The translations under genes were made by a program, and so were the position numbers. From Bdellovibrionales bacterium (GTDB lineage Bacteria > Bdellovibrionota > Bdellovibrionia > Bdellovibrionales > DASUEL01), in contig JBFWOZ010000049.1 of NCBI GenBank assembly GCA_050250255.1, forward strand, positions 1 to 19,334: a DNA stretch of 19,334 bases. The letters are read 5' to 3'. Below are positions 14,958 to 19,334 of this stretch, in pieces; the stretch's first letter is position 1; every line of letters starts with the position of its first letter. The notes under the pieces were generated by a model, which was given only the letters and a program-made list of their open reading frames with translations, searched no databases and was not told where the DNA came from.

Positions 14958-16157
14958 ATGAATTTAGTCCCAATTTTGCTCCTGGCATTCATAATGCTCT
15001 CATTCCAAACGAATACACATGCTTTTGTTTCCTTTGAAACCAAAACATCATTTGGATATTACAAAGACGTTCAACAACGTCAAAAGTTTCCGCTTTATTT
15101 ATCTTGGTCTTATCAAGGGCTTCACTCACAGGGCATTGAAACATCTCTACAGATGATCATGAATAACAATTTGCTAGAAAATAAGTGGAAAGTTACGCCC
15201 GCGTATGGATCTGTTGTTGTGCCATTAAGTAAAAAATATCGCTCTCGAGTAGAGGCGGGACGTCTTTTTTGGTTTGAAGGGTTTGAGCTTTCACTGCTCG
15301 ATGGAATTCAAATGCCCATTTATTGGTCTCAAACCGGTGGCATTTTTATTTATGGCGGCTCAACGCAGGCTACTGATTTGGATGAGAATCTTACAGGACA
15401 AGTTTGGGGCATGAGTGTTTTTGAAATGTGGTTAGATATTCACTTCCGAGTCGGATGGATGGGGCAAGATCCCAATCTCAAAAGACAAAGTGTTTTCGGA
15501 TCTATATATCGAGAGTTTAATCTGCCACTTTCTCCCTCACTTCTGCTAAAGCAGGAGGTGCTGCCGACGAGTTGGACTTATCCTCAATCCATAAGCGAAC
15601 TCAACCTGTTCCCAACTGATAATACATCTTTCTCTGCCTCGTACTCTTATCGTCAGCCAAGAGCATACACGGAAGCTGAACAAAATTTTCTTTATAGATT
15701 ATTTTCAATTTCCCCACAACAAACCCAAAGCTATTCCGCTTCTTGGAAGGCGAACGAAAAAGTGAGGCTTCAACTACAAACGCTTTGGATGAGATATAAC
15801 AGCGGCCAAAGAGATGAACGTGCGGAACAGCAGGACCTCTCATTAGACTGGCAACTTACACAGGCTCATAAAATCACACCCCACATCGGTTACATAAAAA
15901 GCTACGGTGGACACGTTTGGAATCAGGGCATTAGGTATCTTTTTGATGCTACAGAAAAGACAAGCTTACTTACCGACATTTCATCAGCTTACATTGAAAA
16001 AATAAGTGGAGTAAAAACTTGGGCCGGTCATATTCGCTCGGGATTAAACTATTACTTATTCTCACATACTTCTGCCTCTACGTGGATAGAACTTGAGAGG
16101 AATCATATCTATGAGTTTGATGGAAGGATTATGACCTATGTTACGCAATATTACTAA
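14958..16157 (+). CDS. Probable outer-membrane beta-barrel (porin of a porin-cytochrome cluster)
   Basis: Signal peptide (THA-F), aromatic-rich alternating beta-strand pattern throughout, terminal aromatic strand (IMTYVTQYY); overlaps the first cytochrome gene. Confidence 0.8.
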   Translation: MNLVPILLLAFIMLSFQTNTHAFVSFETKTSFGYYKDVQQRQKFPLYLSWSYQGLHSQGIETSLQMIMNNNLLENKWKVTPAYGSVVVPLSKKYRSRVEAGRLFWFEGFELSLLDGIQMPIYWSQTGGIFIYGGSTQATDLDENLTGQVWGMSVFEMWLDIHFRVGWMGQDPNLKRQSVFGSIYREFNLPLSPSLLLKQEVLPTSWTYPQSISELNLFPTDNTSFSASYSYRQPRAYTEAEQNFLYRLFSISPQQTQSYSASWKANEKVRLQLQTLWMRYNSGQRDERAEQQDLSLDWQLTQAHKITPHIGYIKSYGGHVWNQGIRYLFDATEKTSLLTDISSAYIEKISGVKTWAGHIRSGLNYYLFSHTSASTWIELERNHIYEFDGRIMTYVTQYY

Positions 16158-16716
16158 AATCCTGGCAATTCTTCTCATAAGCTCCTTTAGTCAATCTGAT
16201 CAGAAGTACACAAAACCATTTCCAGAGCTCTTTTCCCATAAATCACACGAAAAAATCTTTCTGCAGTCCTCCATTAAATGCCTTGAGTGTCACAGCTTTT
16301 CAGTCAAATCAAAAGCTCAGGATCCCTTAGGATTACCCGTAGCAGGAGGTTTCATTCAAGGCTCTCGTACAAGATGTCATGAGTGTCACTTAGGTAAAGT
16401 GAATTTTCCGCGACCCAATCAGTGTGTCCTCTGCCACAGAGATGTTGTTCGTTTAATGCCTGAAGATCACCACCGGTCCTGGATGTTTCGTCATGGTAAA
16501 ATAGCTCAAATGAACAAAGAAAGTTGTGTTGCCTGTCACAGTACGAACACCTGTTCAGAATGTCACATCAAACGACAGTCACAAAAGCCTACTGTACACC
16601 CTCCTAATTATAGAATTTTTCATTCCGTACAAGCGCGCGCCAACCCCCAAAGTTGCATGAGTTGTCACTCGACACAAAACTCATGCACACAATGCCATCA
16701 AAAAGGTGGTCTATGA
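16138..16716 (+). CDS. Heptahaem c-type cytochrome
   Basis: Seven CxxCH (CLECH, CHECH, CVLCH, CVACH, CSECH, CMSCH, CTQCH); FSHKSH c3/c7-like motif; N-terminal signal. Confidence 0.95.
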   Translation: MLRNITKILAILLISSFSQSDQKYTKPFPELFSHKSHEKIFLQSSIKCLECHSFSVKSKAQDPLGLPVAGGFIQGSRTRCHECHLGKVNFPRPNQCVLCHRDVVRLMPEDHHRSWMFRHGKIAQMNKESCVACHSTNTCSECHIKRQSQKPTVHPPNYRIFHSVQARANPQSCMSCHSTQNSCTQCHQKGGL

Positions 16717-16994
16717 GAATTTGTTTACTCTTATTTATTATATTTTGTTCTTGTTCCGTCAAAAAACAAGGTGAAGACTATCATGTCACAACTCAAGAAG
16801 ATCTTGTTCTGCGCGCAGACAATCACCCTCATGGATGGGAAAAAGCTGAATGCTTCACATGCCACGTGTCCACAAACATCCACCTAGAAAATCGGCTGAA
16901 TCATCCAAGCTTTAACTCCGCGAGAGGTCTAGTAGAACAGTATGGCCTAATGAGTTGTCGCGGCTGCCACGGCTCCAATGGAGCAACCCCATGA
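16713..16994 (+). CDS. Dihaem c-type cytochrome, probable lipoprotein (93 aa)
   Basis: ATGA overlap at 16713-16; MRICLLLFIIFCSC lipobox-like signal; CFTCH and CRGCH. Confidence 0.88.
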   Translation: MRICLLLFIIFCSCSVKKQGEDYHVTTQEDLVLRADNHPHGWEKAECFTCHVSTNIHLENRLNHPSFNSARGLVEQYGLMSCRGCHGSNGATP

Positions 16995-17404
16995 AAATCT
17001 TAATTATTTTATTTTTTATACAATTACTCCAGGCAAACGATGGTCGACTAGATCCACATGGAAAAGGCGATGTCGACATCAAGAACCTTAACTTCTTAAA
17101 GGAGAAAGCCTGTACGACCTGCCATTCAAGTTCTGGAAAATTGAAAATAGATGCAAAACATAGCTGCTTTAATTGCCATAACCGTGCGCCACACAGCGGG
17201 GTGGCAGAGCACTTAGGAAAGCCCTACAAGGGAGCATCTATTTCCTGCTTACACTGTCACTCTGCTCATAGATTTGGCTCAAAAAAAGCCGAAGATAGCA
17301 CATTTTTTAAAACAACAGAAAAAGCGCTGCCTGATCATCTTGTGAATAAAAAAAAATCTGAGTCAATGCTCAGTAAAACATGTACGGACTGTCACAAATG
17401 GTAG
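16991..17404 (+). CDS. Tetrahaem c-type cytochrome (137 aa)
   Basis: ATGA overlap at 16991-94; signal MKILIILFFIQLLQA; CTTCH, CFNCH, CLHCH, CTDCH. Confidence 0.92.
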   Translation: MKILIILFFIQLLQANDGRLDPHGKGDVDIKNLNFLKEKACTTCHSSSGKLKIDAKHSCFNCHNRAPHSGVAEHLGKPYKGASISCLHCHSAHRFGSKKAEDSTFFKTTEKALPDHLVNKKKSESMLSKTCTDCHKW

Positions 17405-18963
17405 TTGCCCGAATCCTACTTATTTCATTATCTGTTTTCAGTTTACAAGCCCACTCGAACCAACTTTTATGGGATGTCCAAGTTGCTTGGAAAACAAAAA
17501 TTGAGCACCCAACGCTTTTAGTAGTTTGCAATGAAAAAATATGGTCCTATAGCAGATCAGAGAAAATTATTTGGTCACTCAACATTCAGACGGGCAAAAA
17601 AGAATCTTCGGAAAAATCGAGGAACACTGTTGTTTCCTTTAGTTGTTTCAAAAAACAAATCTTGATTGGTTACCAAGATCAATCCATTACCTATAACAAT
17701 AAACGATTTTTACTTCCTAGAAATGGCAGGTTGAAAGACCTCCAATGCGATGAGACGACTTGCTATGCCCTGCTTGATAATAATCTCTACTCTACAAAAG
17801 ACTTCACAAAATGGGAACAGAATGCACTCCCACCCTCTAAAGCGGTTCTTGATAACAAAATAGATCTAAAGCTTAACCCATTCTCTAACTGGCAAGATTA
17901 TATGGTCCTAGCTTCGTCCCATTATTCTCGCTTGAAACCTCATTCTCAGGCCATTTATTTATTAGATCCTATGAGGGTAAAAATTGTCGAAAAAACAAAA
18001 AATCGTTTTGTTAAATGGGGTGAGTGGGGAGCCTGGGAAGGCTCCCTGATGAACCCTAGAGCCTTTGATTTCACTCCTGGAGGAGATTTGATCATCGTTG
18101 ATTCAGACCTTAAAGCCATCTTCCTCTACAACACCCAGGGAAAGTTCCTAGCAACTCTTAGAACCTCTGGAGAATTGCCTGATTTTGAATATCCCTCAGA
18201 CATTCGCGTCACCCCAGACCATATTTACGTGTCCGATGTGTTTGCGAACCAAATCATCGCATTTCAATGGAAAAATCTCTCATCGAATTGGCAACCAACA
18301 CTCATTCGTCAAAATTTATTTCGCCGAGCTCAAGTATTAAAAGATCGTTTTCAAAATCGCTGTCTTAAGTGCCATGATGGGCTTGTGAGCGACGAATGGG
18401 ATAAATATTTTAAAAATTCTCACCCCATTTCTCAACAAGTGAAAAGCAAAAATCAGCCGTTACTTGAAGATGGGAAAACCTCGTGCGTGAGTTGTCACGA
18501 CCCACACCACAGCAATAAAAATAAAAGCTCAAAGTTTAAGGCCCACTTACGTATGGATGAAAAAAAACTATGTCTTGAATGTCATAGCTCACATGCTGAA
18601 AGACCAATGAACCATGGAGGAAAGTGCACTCTCTGTCACCAGATGCATAAAGGGTACGAGCACCTACTAAAAACCGTTTCTACACAGTTGTGCGTGAGTT
18701 GTCATGCGACTAAGAGCTTTAAGCATCGGAACTTAAATACTATCGAGGATATTGATGTTGCAAAACTGAATCAGCTCTTTAACCATCAACTTAACTGTTT
18801 GACTTGTCACTCAAGCCACAACTCAAATCAAAAGCAATCTCTTCTGAATATCGCAGAGCCCTCTATTAAGCTGTGCCAATCGTGCCATGGGGAGAAGGCT
18901 CAGGATCTTTACAAAAATTTTCACATGAGAATGACAGCTAACAAAAGACGAGGACGACAGTGA
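17398..18963 (+). CDS. NHL-repeat/beta-propeller fused to heptahaem cytochrome c
   Basis: ATG 17398 overlaps the previous stop; signal peptide; NHL-like GSLMNPRAFDF...LIIVDS and FEYPSDIRV...IYVSD; seven CxxCH in the C-terminal ~200 aa, several as CxxCHxxH. Confidence 0.92.
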   Translation: MVVARILLISLSVFSLQAHSNQLLWDVQVAWKTKIEHPTLLVVCNEKIWSYSRSEKIIWSLNIQTGKKESSEKSRNTVVSFSCFKKQILIGYQDQSITYNNKRFLLPRNGRLKDLQCDETTCYALLDNNLYSTKDFTKWEQNALPPSKAVLDNKIDLKLNPFSNWQDYMVLASSHYSRLKPHSQAIYLLDPMRVKIVEKTKNRFVKWGEWGAWEGSLMNPRAFDFTPGGDLIIVDSDLKAIFLYNTQGKFLATLRTSGELPDFEYPSDIRVTPDHIYVSDVFANQIIAFQWKNLSSNWQPTLIRQNLFRRAQVLKDRFQNRCLKCHDGLVSDEWDKYFKNSHPISQQVKSKNQPLLEDGKTSCVSCHDPHHSNKNKSSKFKAHLRMDEKKLCLECHSSHAERPMNHGGKCTLCHQMHKGYEHLLKTVSTQLCVSCHATKSFKHRNLNTIEDIDVAKLNQLFNHQLNCLTCHSSHNSNQKQSLLNIAEPSIKLCQSCHGEKAQDLYKNFHMRMTANKRRGRQ

Positions 18964-19112
18964 TTAACTTAGATAAGTTTCGTAAGCTTTCAAAGACGAA
19001 AAAATTTTTTCTTTATCTGAGCGGATTTATTTTTGGCCTTCTGTTGAGCACCCTAATTGTATTTCAAATTCTCTTTTTGATAAAAGTTATTCCGCACGGA
19101 GGAATTTGGTGA
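18960..19112 (+). CDS. 50-aa single-TM protein (not in the ORF track)
   Basis: GTGA overlaps at both ends; MINLDKFRKLSKTKKFFLYLSGFIFGLLLSTLIVFQILFLIKVIPHGGIW has a basic N-terminus and one TM helix. Confidence 0.75.
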   Translation: MINLDKFRKLSKTKKFFLYLSGFIFGLLLSTLIVFQILFLIKVIPHGGIW

Positions 19113-19334
19113 AATACTTCTGGATGACACTCGCTCCACTTTTTACTTTTTTGGCTCCTAGTATTTTAGGTGGAATCGCCATGGGGGTATATCCAGGTTA
19201 TAAAGCCTATGAATATGCTTGGAAGAATGCTCAATTTTGCACCTCGTGCCATGTTCATGACTATGCAACAGTCGGCTGGAAAGACAGCATTCACGGAGAC
19301 AAAACGACATGTCACGACTGCCATCATCAACCCC
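19109..19334 (+). CDS. NapC/NirT (CymA/NrfH-type) membrane-anchored cytochrome c, 3'-truncated by the window
   Basis: GGAGG at 19098-19102, GTG 19109; N-terminal TM segment, then AQFCTSCHVH, WKDSIH, CHDCH. Confidence 0.85.
   Translation, partial: MKYFWMTLAPLFTFLAPSILGGIAMGVYPGYKAYEYAWKNAQFCTSCHVHDYATVGWKDSIHGDKTTCHDCHHQP

Noticed and set aside
333..15843. Remaining short alternative-frame and antisense ORFs nested in the called genes (e.g. 333-701, 395-769, 6057-6428, 7092-7589, 10593-10910, 15601-15843)
   Set aside because: They overlap well-supported genes and lack motifs, signal peptides or RBSs.
14958..18963. Assigning mtrA/mtrB/mtrC, omc or ext gene symbols
   Set aside because: Haem counts and barrel size do not match MtrCAB; orthology cannot be established by eye.

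Overview
Bacterial chromosomal window, probably from a Bdellovibrionota-like organism (inferred from the S74-chaperone fibre gene and overall gene content, not confirmed). From left to right: (i) the 3' part of a mosaic trimeric fibre adhesin gene (NVGIGTT repeats, C1q-like domain, S74 chaperone); (ii) a decaying block with an internally deleted AAA_14/DUF4143 ATPase, a 99-bp orphan fibre-gene fragment, an intact paralogous ATPase with a palindrome over its promoter and start, a secreted hypothetical, and an ECF sigma gene apparently fused by deletion to an anti-sigma-like remnant; (iii) a 31-bp-arm inverted repeat and two paralogous secreted proteins made of an unfamiliar 4-Cys repeat, one ending in a bulb-type lectin, each with the same variant sigma54-like promoter 63 nt before ATG; (iv) a minus-strand phosphorelay (hybrid kinase, Hpt, OmpR-type regulator, tail-anchored receiver) plus an HPF/RaiA-like gene; (v) a startless 131-codon open frame; (vi) a sigma54-type promoter ahead of YqjD/YqjE-like small membrane proteins, then a SOUL haem-binding protein; (vii) a translationally coupled operon of an outer-membrane beta-barrel, four multihaem cytochromes (7+2+4+7 CxxCH), a 50-aa membrane peptide and a NapC/NirT-type cytochrome running off the end. 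Block (vii) looks like a trans-envelope electron conduit and is the strongest candidate for an undescribed system. Family assignments come from motif recognition by eye; no searches were run.
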